A stretch of DNA of 42,933 nt, taken from assembly GCA_043823965.1 (NCBI GenBank), contig JBDRTP010000313.1:1-42933 (forward strand). Reading direction: 5' to 3'. The DNA is from Chloroflexota bacterium (GTDB taxonomy: Bacteria; Chloroflexota; Anaerolineae; Anaerolineales; Villigracilaceae). The notes below the pieces were generated by a model that saw only the letters and a program-made list of their open reading frames with translations, had not been told where the DNA came from and searched no databases. A program made the position numbers and the translations under genes. Shown here piece after piece: positions 1 to 8,769 of this stretch. How positions within the stretch are numbered: the first letter of the stretch is position 1; the number at the start of each line of letters is the position of its first letter.

Positions 1-234
1 ATCCGCGCAGAGCATCTGGACGAGGTGCTTGACAGCCAAGCCAAAATCGGCGTTAAACTATGTGGGGTCGAGATTCGCGGCTTGGTCAATACATTTGGTG
101 AGCGTCCGGATGGCGAATTGATAGCTCTGTTTGGCAGCACCGGCAATCTCATCGTCTCGGTGGTCAAGGGCAACGCAACCGTACATCTCGGTGTTAAAGT
201 TGGGGATGCCTTCGATGTGATTTTGGAAGATTAG
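1..234 (+). CDS. SAM hydroxide adenosyltransferase (DUF62, chlorinase/fluorinase-like) family protein, C-terminal fragment; 5' end lies outside the window
   Basis: Frame 1 is open from base 1 to the stop at 232-234. The tail GELIALFGSTGNLIVSVVKGNA...GVKVGD resembles the C-terminal domain of DUF62 proteins as I recall them. Confidence 0.55.
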   Translation: MRAEHLDEVLDSQAKIGVKLCGVEIRGLVNTFGERPDGELIALFGSTGNLIVSVVKGNATVHLGVKVGDAFDVILED

Positions 235-307
235 CCGCAGATAAACGCGGCGGTACACTGATACGCCGGATAAAATAGATTGTGATTTTCCTGCTTCTTG
301 GTTTCTA

Positions 308-1957
308 ATGCCTGATTATCCTCTCGTCGTCGAAAACCTTTCTTTTCGTTACCACACCCGCCCGGACCTGGCGATTAAAAATGTGTCGTTTCAGTTGAAA
401 CCGGGCGAACTCCTGCTCGTAGCCGGTTCCAGCGGGTGTGGGAAGACCACCCTGGCGCGCTGCATCAACGGTCTCATCCCACGCAGTTACAAAGGCGAAA
501 TCTCCGGCTTGGTAAGCCTGCATGGGCAGGAAGTCTCGGCCATGTCGTTGTTGGACATCTCGCAGGTCATTGGCACGCTGCTGCAAGACCCCGAACGCCA
601 GATTGTTGCCACGAATGTGACCGCTGAGATCGCCTTCGGGCCGGAAAATCTGGGCCTGCCGCGCGATGAGATTTTGACGCGCGTAGAGCGGGTTATTGCG
701 CGACTCAATATGGAGCATCTGCGCCAACGTGATACGTTCACGCTCTCCGGCGGCGAGAAGCAAAAGGTGGCTCTTGCTGGCTTGCTCGCCATGCGCCCCT
801 CCATTCTGCTTTTGGATGAACCGCTGGCCTCTCTCGACCCCGCTTCGGCCTACGAAGCCCTGGGCGTTTTCCGCAGCCTGGCCGACGAAGGCGCCACGAT
901 CATTCTGATCGAGCATCGAGTGGAGGATGCCCTCCAGGCGCGTCCCGACCGCATGCTCTACATGGCCGATGGGGAAACGCGCTACCTTGGCGCGGTGAAA
1001 AGGCTCCCTCCTGAGATCAACCATCATGAAGTCAAATTGCCTGCCTCCTGGGTGGTTCAGCGCGTCCGTCAGTCGGGCGAGACACCCAAGGTGCTGCGTC
1101 CGGCTGCATCCTCCGCTGTAGCTACTGAACCGCTTGTCCTGTTCGAGGATGTATCGTTCGCATATGGCGAAGGCCCCCTGGTCCTGCATGACATCAACCT
1201 GCAAATCCGCCGCGGTGACCTGATCGCCGTCCTGGGGCCGAACGGGGCAGGCAAGTCCACCCTGGTCAAACATGCCATCGGATTGCTCAAACCGACTCGC
1301 GGGCGTGTGCTGCTCGAGGGAAAGGACACCCGCGAGACGACCGTCGCCCACAACGCCCGTGCGGTCGGCTACGTTTTCCAAAGCCCGACCCACATGCTGT
1401 TCGCGCCGACCGTGCGTGAGGAACTGGCCTTTGGCCCGGGCAACCTGGGCTATCCGCCTGAAGAGACCCAGAGAAACGTGGAGGAGAGCATCGCCGCGGT
1501 CAACCTGATAGGCCTTGAAAACTATCCCCCGCTGGGGTTGTCATTCGGCCAGCAGAAGCGCACCACTATCGCGGCGGTGCTGGCGATGCGCTCGAAGATC
1601 ATGATCATGGATGAGCCGACCGCCGGGCAAGATTTTGCCAACTATACCCGCTTCATGGAAACGCTGTGCGGCGTTGCGGCCGAGGACGGCGCGTCGCTGC
1701 TCACCAAAAATTTCGCCGCCACGTTGTTCATTACTCACGACCTGGATCTGGCGGTCACGTATGCCAACCGGGTACTTTTGATTGGGGAAGGGCGCATCGT
1801 CGCCGATGGTTCCCCAGAGGAGGTGCTGCAGGACTTCAGTTTGCTAACGCGCTACCGTGTCCGCCCGACGTCGCTGCTGCGGTTGAATTGCGATCTCTAT
1901 CCCCAGACAAAATGCTTCATGCCAGCCGAGGCGCTGGCGGCATACGTCACGGCATGA
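308..1957 (+). CDS. ECF transporter ATPase, fused duplicated ABC domains (EcfA-EcfA')
   Basis: One 549-aa ORF holds two full ABC cassettes: Walker A GSSGCGKT and GPNGAGKS, signatures LSGGEKQ and LSFGQQK, Walker B LLLDEP and MIMDEP. ECF S and T genes follow directly. Confidence 0.9.
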   Translation: MPDYPLVVENLSFRYHTRPDLAIKNVSFQLKPGELLLVAGSSGCGKTTLARCINGLIPRSYKGEISGLVSLHGQEVSAMSLLDISQVIGTLLQDPERQIVATNVTAEIAFGPENLGLPRDEILTRVERVIARLNMEHLRQRDTFTLSGGEKQKVALAGLLAMRPSILLLDEPLASLDPASAYEALGVFRSLADEGATIILIEHRVEDALQARPDRMLYMADGETRYLGAVKRLPPEINHHEVKLPASWVVQRVRQSGETPKVLRPAASSAVATEPLVLFEDVSFAYGEGPLVLHDINLQIRRGDLIAVLGPNGAGKSTLVKHAIGLLKPTRGRVLLEGKDTRETTVAHNARAVGYVFQSPTHMLFAPTVREELAFGPGNLGYPPEETQRNVEESIAAVNLIGLENYPPLGLSFGQQKRTTIAAVLAMRSKIMIMDEPTAGQDFANYTRFMETLCGVAAEDGASLLTKNFAATLFITHDLDLAVTYANRVLLIGEGRIVADGSPEEVLQDFSLLTRYRVRPTSLLRLNCDLYPQTKCFMPAEALAAYVTA

Positions 1958-2053
1958 GGGAACATTCGCTCTGTAACCTTTCTTTCGTAGTCGGGTTAAT
2001 CAAAATGGGTCGGCCTATCCAAAAATCCAATCAATATAGAGAGGAGTAATGCA

Positions 2054-2599
2054 ATGGACAAGAAACTGTGGGAATTCAGTACCCGCCAGGTCGTCTACGG
2101 CGCCATCGGAGCGGCGCTGTATGGCGTTTTCTCGTGGGTCACCAACGTCATCCCCCTGCCTGCGGCGGGGAATATCACCTTCCGCCCAGCGGTGGCCGTG
2201 CTGATCTTCTTCGGCGCTGCTTACGGCCCGTGGGTGGGGTTGATCTCCGGCTTGGTCGGCAATATCCTGGGCGACGCCATCAGCGGTTGGGGCTTCTGGT
2301 GGCACTGGAGCCTCGGCAACGGCCTGATGGGCATGATCCCTGGCCTGGCGATGGGTCTCATCAAAGAATACAACAAGAAGAAAGACATCTCCATCGCCGT
2401 CGGCTTCGGCGCGGTCGGCATCGCCATCGGCATGTTGTTTGCCTCGCTGATGGAGATCGTCACCGGCGGCATTGACATGGCTACCGCCCTGATTGGCTAC
2501 TTCACCCCGGCCTTCCTGGGCAACCTGGTGGTGACGGTGGTGTTGCTGCCCATCCTGATGGTGGCATATCACGCCGTGGTTGCGAGGCGCGGCCGCTAA
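2054..2599 (+). CDS. ECF transporter substrate-capture (S) component, substrate unknown
   Basis: 181-aa, very hydrophobic, Gly/Trp-rich multi-TM protein located between the ECF ATPase and EcfT. Confidence 0.7.
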   Translation: MDKKLWEFSTRQVVYGAIGAALYGVFSWVTNVIPLPAAGNITFRPAVAVLIFFGAAYGPWVGLISGLVGNILGDAISGWGFWWHWSLGNGLMGMIPGLAMGLIKEYNKKKDISIAVGFGAVGIAIGMLFASLMEIVTGGIDMATALIGYFTPAFLGNLVVTVVLLPILMVAYHAVVARRGR

Positions 2600-3493
2600 A
2601 TGCTGGTTGCCTGGAAGTATCGGCCGCGCAACACGATCATTCAACGGCTTGACCCGCGCGCCAGGCTGATCTTCCTGGCTTGTCTGTTCGCCGCCTTTTC
2701 AATCGCCCAGATCTGGGATATCCGCCTGCTGTTGCCGCTATTCGCGCTTTCCCTCGTCCTGTACTTCCTGGCGCGCATCGAGTGGCGGGACATCAAGCGT
2801 GCATGGATTTTCATCCTGATTCTGGTCGTGTTCATCGTCGGCATCAACGCGCTCATCGCCGGGCGGGGCGGCCCGACCGCGGTGCTCCATGAACAATCGC
2901 CCGTGGTGATCTTTCAGACGCCTACGCTCGAGATCCCCGGCACGCCCTGGAGCATCACCATCACCATCACGGTGGTCAAGGCCTTTTTTGCCGTCACCCA
3001 GATGGTGCGCATGTTGACGATGGCCATCCTGGCGATTCCCATCCCATATACGATTGACCCGGCGGTTTACGGCGTCAGTTTCCGACGCATGGGCCTGCCC
3101 GATAAAGCCTCGTTTACGATGGACCTGGCTTTTCGCTTCATCCCGACCCTGGGGCGGGATTTCGCCATCACCATAGACGCCCAGCGCGCCCGCGGCTATG
3201 AAATGGAAAGCCTGAAAGGTGGCATCGTCAGCCGTTTGCGCAAACTGGCCCCATTGATCGTGCCGGTGACCATGCAGTCCATCGTGACCGGCGAGGAAGT
3301 GGTGGACGCCATGGACCTGCGCGCTTTCGGCGTGCGTCCGCGCACTTGGCTGCGGGAACTGCACTATGAACGCCGTGATTACCTCTTCATCGGTTTTGGC
3401 TTGGCGATTCTTCTAGCTTCGATTGTCCTGAAGTTGCTGGGCTACGGTCGCTTCTGGATGCCCGAGGCGCTTCTTCGCTGGGCGGGAGGGTGA
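2600..3493 (+). CDS. ecfT: ECF transporter transmembrane (T) component, EcfT/CbiQ family
   Basis: 297-aa multi-TM ORF whose start abuts the S-component stop (TAAATG). It carries an EcfT-type coupling motif region, IDAQRARGYE. Confidence 0.85.
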   Translation: MLVAWKYRPRNTIIQRLDPRARLIFLACLFAAFSIAQIWDIRLLLPLFALSLVLYFLARIEWRDIKRAWIFILILVVFIVGINALIAGRGGPTAVLHEQSPVVIFQTPTLEIPGTPWSITITITVVKAFFAVTQMVRMLTMAILAIPIPYTIDPAVYGVSFRRMGLPDKASFTMDLAFRFIPTLGRDFAITIDAQRARGYEMESLKGGIVSRLRKLAPLIVPVTMQSIVTGEEVVDAMDLRAFGVRPRTWLRELHYERRDYLFIGFGLAILLASIVLKLLGYGRFWMPEALLRWAGG

Positions 3494-3511
3494 CCAGGAT
3501 ATGTTCCCCAA

Positions 3512-3545
3512 GAGACCGTCCTGCACGCGACGGTCTCATTTGTTT
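3512..3545 (+). terminator. Intrinsic terminator after ecfT
   Basis: Stem GAGACCGTC (3512-3520) pairs with GACGGTCTC (3529-3537), followed by ATTTGTTT. Confidence 0.6.
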
Positions 3546-3609
3546 AAGCTTGGCGACTTGGCGGTAAAAATCTTGTTGACGGCTTGGGTTTGGAGGACGG
3601 GAGGCATAG

Positions 3610-3615
3610 TATAAT
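3610..3615 (+). promoter_or_regulatory. Candidate -10 box (AGTATAAT) for the DUF433/PIN-like pair
   Basis: TATAAT at 3610-3615, upstream of the palindromic element and the 3727 start. Confidence 0.35.
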
Positions 3616-3631
3616 TACTCTGTTGCTATCC

Positions 3632-3682
3632 GTAGCGCGGAATTCATTCCGCAACCAAATGGCGATATGAATATCGCGCTAC
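3632..3682. repeat. REPIN-like inverted doublet of GTAG-headed palindromes
   Basis: GTAGCGCGGAATTCATTCCGC (3632-3652) and, inverted, GCGATATGAATATCGCGCTAC (3662-3682). Each half holds its own hairpin (GCGGAAT/ATTCCGC and GCGATAT/ATATCGC). The outer 8-bp arms GTAGCGCG/CGCGCTAC also pair. Confidence 0.5.
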
Positions 3683-3726
3683 AAAATCTTCGCGATTGTG
3701 ATAGTTTTTCAAGAGTTATACTATAA

Positions 3727-4059
3727 ATGATGCCGGTAGAGGTCGAAATGACTAAAACAAGGATACCAGCCCGACAATTCATGCGGGAAGTGCGCGGCGG
3801 CGAGCCTTACGAATACTTCCCACTTGGCAAATACGTGGTGGCAGCGCCGGGTGTGTGTGGCGGGCGGCCTACTTTCAAGTACACGCGTCTCGAAGTCAGT
3901 CTCATTTTATCCCTTATCGCATCTGGCGAGACCATCGAGCAGGTGGTTCAGGCATATTCCCTCAGCCAGCTTACGCCTGAGGCTGTGCGAGAGGCTATCC
4001 AACTGGCTGGTCTGGCGCTGGTACACTCAACGGAAACACTACAACCCGTTGCTGCTTGA
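3727..4059 (+). CDS. DUF433 domain protein (antitoxin-like)
   Basis: The motif PGVCGGRPTFKYTRLEVSLILSLIASGETIEQVVQAY is typical of DUF433. A PIN-like partner starts 4 nt downstream. Confidence 0.75.
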   Translation: MMPVEVEMTKTRIPARQFMREVRGGEPYEYFPLGKYVVAAPGVCGGRPTFKYTRLEVSLILSLIASGETIEQVVQAYSLSQLTPEAVREAIQLAGLALVHSTETLQPVAA

Positions 4060-4062
4060 GCC

Positions 4063-4467
4063 ATGATCGTCATTGATGAGAATCTGCACGATCTGCGCAT
4101 CCTGGATGCCATTTCCGAGTGGTATCCGGGGCAGGTCATTTCGGTGATTACACTGCGCCCTGGTTCGGTCATCAAAGACGATGCCATACCAGCATTGCTG
4201 CTCAAAACTGAACAACCCACTTTCGTCACTATCAACGCCGCTGATTTCTGGAAGCGAATTCAGCCTCATCACGGCTATTGTGTCATTGTGGCTGATCTAC
4301 CTAAAGAGCGGGCATGGGAGGTTCCTGCGCTCCTGCGGCGCTTCTTCCGACTATTGGATTTCAAGATCAAGGCCTCACGAATGGGGAAGATTATCCGCCT
4401 GACGCTGAGAAGCGTTGAATATTACGAGGCTGACCGGCGCGTTCAATTATTACAATGGCCTGATTAA
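4063..4467 (+). CDS. PIN-like (DUF5615-type) protein, putative toxin partner of DUF433
   Basis: The N-terminus MIVIDENL... and the position directly after a DUF433 gene match the recurrent DUF433/DUF5615 pairing. Sequence similarity was judged by eye only. Confidence 0.5.
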   Translation: MIVIDENLHDLRILDAISEWYPGQVISVITLRPGSVIKDDAIPALLLKTEQPTFVTINAADFWKRIQPHHGYCVIVADLPKERAWEVPALLRRFFRLLDFKIKASRMGKIIRLTLRSVEYYEADRRVQLLQWPD

Positions 4468-4949
4468 CTTTCGAGCAGTAGACGCCAGTCAATCTCGTGA
4501 ACGGTCTTGTGCAGCCGGTGGTCGTCGTCCACGATGTGATAGTCCAGGTTACGGAAGACTTTCTCGGCCAGGGCGCGCACAGGTACGAGCGGGACGACCT
4601 CATCTTGCGTGCCATGAATAATGATGGTGGGAACATCCACCGGCGGGGGGAGATGTTCGGCGAATTCGGGCAGGGAGAGAGCGGGCGCGAGCAGGATGAG
4701 TTTGCGCACCTGCTGCGGGTGTTGACAGGTGAACAACGCGCCCATCAGCCCGCCGAAGCTGGAGCCGATGATCGTCCAGCCGGTTTTATCGCCGAGAATG
4801 GGATAGAGTTGCGCCATGCGTTCGGCCAGCGAGCCGGTAAAGTCAGGCGTGGATATGCCGGGGAACAAGCTATGTAGCAGGACGGCTTTTTCGCCCTGGC
4901 TGCTGCTTTCGAGGCCGTGCAGGAAGATGAGACGGGTGGGGTCAAACAT
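4464..4949 (-). CDS. Alpha/beta-fold hydrolase (small esterase-like)
   Basis: 161 aa with IFLHGLESS near the N-terminus, a nucleophile elbow GSSFGG, and a C-terminal DDDHRL (Asp/His). Confidence 0.75.
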   Translation of the reverse strand: MFDPTRLIFLHGLESSSQGEKAVLLHSLFPGISTPDFTGSLAERMAQLYPILGDKTGWTIIGSSFGGLMGALFTCQHPQQVRKLILLAPALSLPEFAEHLPPPVDVPTIIIHGTQDEVVPLVPVRALAEKVFRNLDYHIVDDDHRLHKTVHEIDWRLLLES

Positions 4950-5058
4950 GGCTTTATGATACTACAGATTTACAGGCTTACCGTGTGAACGCAAAGGTTG
5001 TCAGTTGCACCCAGACTTCCGAAGTCTCTGGAAGACTTGCCTGGCAGCAATTCCCAAA

Positions 5059-5145
5059 ATGTCATTGCGAGCGCACTATGCGAAGCAATCTCCTCGCTAA
5101 AACTGGGGATTGCTTCGACGGAAGAACGCCGTCTCGCAATGACAT
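5059..5145. repeat. Long imperfect palindrome (nested hairpin element)
   Basis: Outer 13-bp perfect arms ATGTCATTGCGAG (5059-5071) / CTCGCAATGACAT (5133-5145). Inner arms GAAGCAATC (5082-5090) / GATTGCTTC (5108-5116). Confidence 0.85.
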
Positions 5146-5179
5146 GGTTCATATTGAGAATTGCTGCTTGCCTGGCATC

Positions 5180-5207
5180 TTGACAAATTGGATAGATTAG
5201 ATATAAT
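5180..5207 (+). promoter_or_regulatory. Promoter of the csoR-copZ-copA operon
   Basis: TTGACA (5180-5185), a 16-bp spacer, then TATAAT (5202-5207). Confidence 0.65.
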
Positions 5208-5213
5208 ATTGGC

Positions 5214-5236
5214 TACCCCCCCAGGGGGGTGGGGTA
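5214..5236 (+). promoter_or_regulatory. Candidate CsoR operator (G/C-tract pseudo-palindrome)
   Basis: TACCCCCCCAGGGGGGTGGGGTA lies just downstream of the -10 box. It resembles the TACCC...GGGTA-type operators described for CsoR regulators. Confidence 0.6.
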
Positions 5237-5246
5237 GGAGTGAGAG

Positions 5247-5516
5247 ATGAAAAACGAAGATACGTTGAAACGACTGAAGATCATCGAAGGCCATCTGAAA
5301 GGCGTCATCCGCATGGTGGAAGAGGATGCCTATTGCATTGACATCATCCGCCAGATCCAGGCGGTGGAGGCGGCGCTGAACAAGGTCAGCGGCGTGATAC
5401 TGGAAAGCCACCTGAATTCGTGCGTCATCACCGCTGTGCAGGGCGATGACCCCGCCGAGCGTAAGCGCGCGTTGAAAGAAGTGCTCGAAGTGTTTGAAAC
5501 CTCGGCGAAGGTCTAA
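5247..5516 (+). CDS. csoR: CsoR-family copper-sensing transcriptional repressor
   Basis: 89-aa DUF156-type protein: LKRLKIIEGHLKGVIRMVEEDAYCIDIIRQIQAV... and HLNSC supply the Cys-His-Cys ligand pattern. Adjacent to copZ and copA. Confidence 0.85.
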   Translation: MKNEDTLKRLKIIEGHLKGVIRMVEEDAYCIDIIRQIQAVEAALNKVSGVILESHLNSCVITAVQGDDPAERKRALKEVLEVFETSAKV

Positions 5517-5537
5517 AGGACTGCGTTTGTATGTTCT

Positions 5538-5585
5538 CACGTTTGCACGTTTGCACGTTGCCAAGTTGCCAATCTACCAATCTAC
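5538..5585. repeat. Six-unit octamer tandem repeat
   Basis: CACGTTTG CACGTTTG CACGTTGC CAAGTTGC CAATCTAC CAATCTAC, lying between the csoR stop and the copZ Shine-Dalgarno. Confidence 0.9.
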
Positions 5586-5599
5586 TGAAGGAGAACCCC

Positions 5600-5806
5600 A
5601 TGACTACCGTTATTTATTCTGTTCCCAGCATTTCCTGCATGCACTGCGTCCATACCATCCAGAGCGAGGTGGGCGAGCTGACAGGCATCCAGTCCGTCAA
5701 GGCGGACGCGGCCAGCAAGAAGGTCGAAATCGTCTTCGACGCGCCGGCGAGCGAGGACAAAATCAAGGCGCTGTTGGCGCAGATCAATTACCCTGTCGCG
5801 GCGTAA
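5600..5806 (+). CDS. copZ: Copper chaperone CopZ (single HMA domain)
   Basis: ATG at 5600 is preceded by GAAGGAG. CxxC metal site SCMHC. The longer ORF-track start at 5531 lies inside the octamer repeat. Confidence 0.85.
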   Translation: MTTVIYSVPSISCMHCVHTIQSEVGELTGIQSVKADAASKKVEIVFDAPASEDKIKALLAQINYPVAA

Positions 5807-5842
5807 ATAATAGTTGAAAGTTAAAGGGCCTGCCCTGAGCTT

Positions 5843-5902
5843 GTCGAAGGGTTGAAGGTCAGACTGTTAGAATGATTGACCTTCGACTTTCGACCTTCAA
5901 CC
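5843..5902. repeat. Hairpin built from GACYTTC-type heptamers
   Basis: GTCGAAGGGTTGAAGGTCA (5843-5861) faces TGACCTTCGACTTTCGACCTTCAACC (5877-5902). Extra heptamers on the right arm allow slipped alternative pairings. Confidence 0.7.
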
Positions 5903-5927
5903 TGTACCCTTAGACCCGAAACTCAAA

Positions 5928-8420
5928 ATGACAGAAGCCAAACAATTAACCCTCCCCATCACCGGCATGACCTGCGCCAACTGCGTGGCGACCATCGAGC
6001 GCAGCCTGAAAAAACTGGATGGCGTGCAGACGGCTGCCGTCAATCTCTCGTCCGAGCGCGCCACGGTGGGCTTTGACCCGTCGCTGCTCGGACTCGGCGA
6101 ACTGGTCGCGCGTGTCGAGCGCGCCGGTTACGGCGTGGCCAGCGGCGAAGCGAATTTGATCATCAAACGTCTCGCGGATGACAACGACGCCCGCCGCCTG
6201 GAAAAGTCGCTGCTCAAACTGGAAGGCGTGCTGGAAGCCTCGGTCAGCGTCGCGACCGAGCGGGCACGCGTGCGCTACATCCCCACAGTGGTGAGTCAGG
6301 CCGAGATACGGCGGATAGTTTCGGGGTCCGGTTTCGAGGCGCTGGAACTGGGCGGGGAAGCCGAGGATGCCGAGGCAAAGGCGCGTGCGGCGGAAATCCG
6401 TCAGCAGAAGCATTTACTCGTCACCGGCATTTTATTTACCGTGCCGCTTTTTTTGCTCTCGATGAGCAGGGATTTTGGGCTGCTGCCGGCCTTTTTCTAT
6501 CTGCCGGTGCAGGCGATGAGCGGTATGCGCGAGGCGCAATGGTGGTTCAACTGGCTGCTACTGGCGCTGGCGCTGCCGGTGCAGTTTTACGTCGGCTGGC
6601 AGTATTACGTCGGCGCGTATAAGGCGCTGCGCAACGGCTCGGCCAATATGGACGTGCTGATTGCGATGGGTACCTCGGCCGCGTTTTTCTATTCCCTGCC
6701 AATCACCTTTGGGTTGCTGGCGGGACACGTCTATTTCGAGACTGCCGCGGTGATTATTACGCTGATCAAGCTGGGTAAATTCCTCGAAGCGCGCGCCAAA
6801 GGGCGCACCAGCGAAGCCATCAAGAAATTGATGGCTCTGCGCGCCAAAACTGCGCGCGTGGTGCGTGACGGCGCAGAACTCGAAGTGCCGGTCGAGGATG
6901 TCAAGGTCGGCGACGTGGTGGTTGTCCGCCCGGGCGAAATAATTCCAGTGGACGGCGTGGTGGTGGACGGGCGCTCGGCGGTGGACGAATCCATGCTGAC
7001 CGGCGAATCGCTGCCAGTGGAAAAGAAACCCGGCGACCCGCTCATCGGCGCGACGCTCAACAAACTGGGTCTGCTCAAGCTCGAGGCCACCAAAGTTGGC
7101 AAAGAGACCGCCCTGGCGCAAATCGTGCGCCTGGTCGAGGAAGCGCAGGGCAGCAAAGCCCCCATCCAGAAACTGGCCGACCAGGTCTCGGCCACCTTCG
7201 TGCCGCTGGTTATTCTCATCGCGGCTCTCACGTTTGCCATCTGGTACTTCTTCGTTCCGCTGCCCGTCAATGCGGATGTCAGCCTGTTCACCCGCGCCCT
7301 GATCAACATGGTGGCCGTGCTGGTCATCGCCTGCCCGTGCGCCATGGGCCTGGCAACGCCGACCGCGGTCATGGTCGGCAGCGGCAAAGGCGCGGAGTTG
7401 GGGATTCTGTTTCGCAGCAGCGAAGCGTTGGAAAGAGCAGGCAAGGTCTCGATTGTTGTGCTGGATAAGACGGGGACGGTGACGAAGGGGCAGCCGGCGG
7501 TCACCGATATAGTGATCAGTGATCAGTATTCAGTGTTCAGTGGCACTGGTGACTGGAAACTGAACACTGAACACTTATTGCGTTTGGCCGCTTCCGTTGA
7601 AAAAGGTTCGGAACATCCCCTGGGCGAAGCCATCTGGGCCGAAGCCACGACCCGCGGCCTGCCGCTCGTCGAACCGGGCGGATTCAAGGCCGAGGCCGGG
7701 AACGGCGTCGAAGCTGAAGTAGAGGGTCACGCGGTTGTGGTGGGCAACCTGCGCATGATGGACGCCCGTCACTATCCGCTCAACGGTCTCGAAAAGGAAG
7801 TCGAACGCCTGCAATCCGAGGCCAAGACGGCCATGCTGGTGGCGGTGGACGGCGCGGTGCGCGGCGTGATTGCCGTGGCGGATACGGTCAAGGACGGCTC
7901 GAAGGAAGCCATTGACGAACTGCACCGCATGGGGCTGAAAGTCGCCATGATTACCGGCGACAATCGCAAGACCGCCGCGGCCATCGCGAAGCAAGTTGGG
8001 ATTGACATAGTTCTGGCTGAAGTATTGCCGGAAGGGAAAGCGGCGGAAGTCAAGCGTTTGCAGTCAGGCGTTGACAGGAATGTGGTTGCCATGGTTGGTG
8101 ACGGAGTGAATGACGCCCCGGCGCTGGCGCAAGCCGATGTTGGCATTGCGATTGGCACGGGAACAGATGTGGCCATGGCGGCTGCTCCGGTCACGCTCAT
8201 CAGCGGCGATTTGCGCGGCGTGGCGCGGGCGATTGCCCTCTCACGGCGCACGATGCGCACCATCAAGCAAAACCTGTTCTGGGCTTTTTTCTACAACGTG
8301 GTTTTGATACCGGCTGCGGCGATGGGATTGCTGAACCCGATGCTGGCGGCGGGTGCGATGGCGTTCAGCAGTGTGTTTGTGGTGAGTAATAGTTTGAGGT
8401 TGAGGCGAGCGAGGGTATAA
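5928..8420 (+). CDS. copA: Copper-translocating P1B-type ATPase CopA
   Basis: N-terminal HMA with GMTCANC, then a second HMA-like domain lacking CxxC. TGES, CPC, DKTGT and GDGVNDAP motifs are all present. Confidence 0.95.
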   Translation: MTEAKQLTLPITGMTCANCVATIERSLKKLDGVQTAAVNLSSERATVGFDPSLLGLGELVARVERAGYGVASGEANLIIKRLADDNDARRLEKSLLKLEGVLEASVSVATERARVRYIPTVVSQAEIRRIVSGSGFEALELGGEAEDAEAKARAAEIRQQKHLLVTGILFTVPLFLLSMSRDFGLLPAFFYLPVQAMSGMREAQWWFNWLLLALALPVQFYVGWQYYVGAYKALRNGSANMDVLIAMGTSAAFFYSLPITFGLLAGHVYFETAAVIITLIKLGKFLEARAKGRTSEAIKKLMALRAKTARVVRDGAELEVPVEDVKVGDVVVVRPGEIIPVDGVVVDGRSAVDESMLTGESLPVEKKPGDPLIGATLNKLGLLKLEATKVGKETALAQIVRLVEEAQGSKAPIQKLADQVSATFVPLVILIAALTFAIWYFFVPLPVNADVSLFTRALINMVAVLVIACPCAMGLATPTAVMVGSGKGAELGILFRSSEALERAGKVSIVVLDKTGTVTKGQPAVTDIVISDQYSVFSGTGDWKLNTEHLLRLAASVEKGSEHPLGEAIWAEATTRGLPLVEPGGFKAEAGNGVEAEVEGHAVVVGNLRMMDARHYPLNGLEKEVERLQSEAKTAMLVAVDGAVRGVIAVADTVKDGSKEAIDELHRMGLKVAMITGDNRKTAAAIAKQVGIDIVLAEVLPEGKAAEVKRLQSGVDRNVVAMVGDGVNDAPALAQADVGIAIGTGTDVAMAAAPVTLISGDLRGVARAIALSRRTMRTIKQNLFWAFFYNVVLIPAAAMGLLNPMLAAGAMAFSSVFVVSNSLRLRRARV
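7512..7574. repeat. Nine-unit heptamer array embedded in frame in copA
   Basis: GTGATCA GTGATCA GTATTCA GTGTTCA GTGGCAC TGGTGAC TGGAAAC TGAACAC TGAACAC (63 nt). The two halves are inverted relative to each other. It encodes [21 protein letters not shown] between DKTGT...VTDI and LLRLAAS. Confidence 0.9.
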
Positions 8421-8456
8421 ACACAAAGGGCACTAAGGAGCACGAAGGGAAAAAAA

Positions 8457-8494
8457 ACATCCCCGTCACGAGATTGTGGCGGGGATGTTGGTTT
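8457..8494 (+). terminator. Intrinsic terminator after copA
   Basis: ACATCCCCG (8457-8465) pairs with CGGGGATGT (8480-8488), followed by TGGTTT. An A-run precedes the stem. Confidence 0.6.
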
Positions 8495-8769
8495 AGCGGC
8501 AATACTTTTTAGAGGCTCTACCGTTTTCAATGTGATTTTGGGTATGGGCGCTCTGCCCGGAGTATAAAAAGTACGGTTTTTTGGCTTAGATACTGGGCAA
8601 TATCTTGTACTTGAAGGCTATTTAAGGTTGTCCCTGCAATGCAATCACACCAAAAACGGGAGAGCCATATTGGTGAAATTCGCGTCAATTCGATGCTGAT
8701 TTTCCGGTGTATACTTCTGTCTGGTCACAAATCTCAGTCTTCCCCTTTGAACTTCTCTCGAGGCTCGAC

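Noticed and set aside
305-1393. 362-aa minus-strand ORF opposite the ECF ATPase gene
   Set aside because: It is antisense to a gene with unambiguous ABC motifs and has a low-complexity composition.
4970-5200. Small ORFs 4970..5152, 4985..5200 and 4998..5183
   Set aside because: They are generated by the 87-bp palindrome and give mirror peptides on both strands.
5531-5599. Longer CopZ N-terminus from 5531
   Set aside because: The extension is the translation of the octamer tandem repeat. A strong GAAGGAG site precedes the ATG at 5600, and HMA domains begin there.
8495-8769. Riboswitch (for example cobalamin) upstream of the mutase, and another upstream of the ECF genes (235-307, 1958-2053)
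   Set aside because: I looked for conserved riboswitch cores such as the B12 box and saw none. Only a TGTATACT-like -10 box at 8708-8715 stands out.
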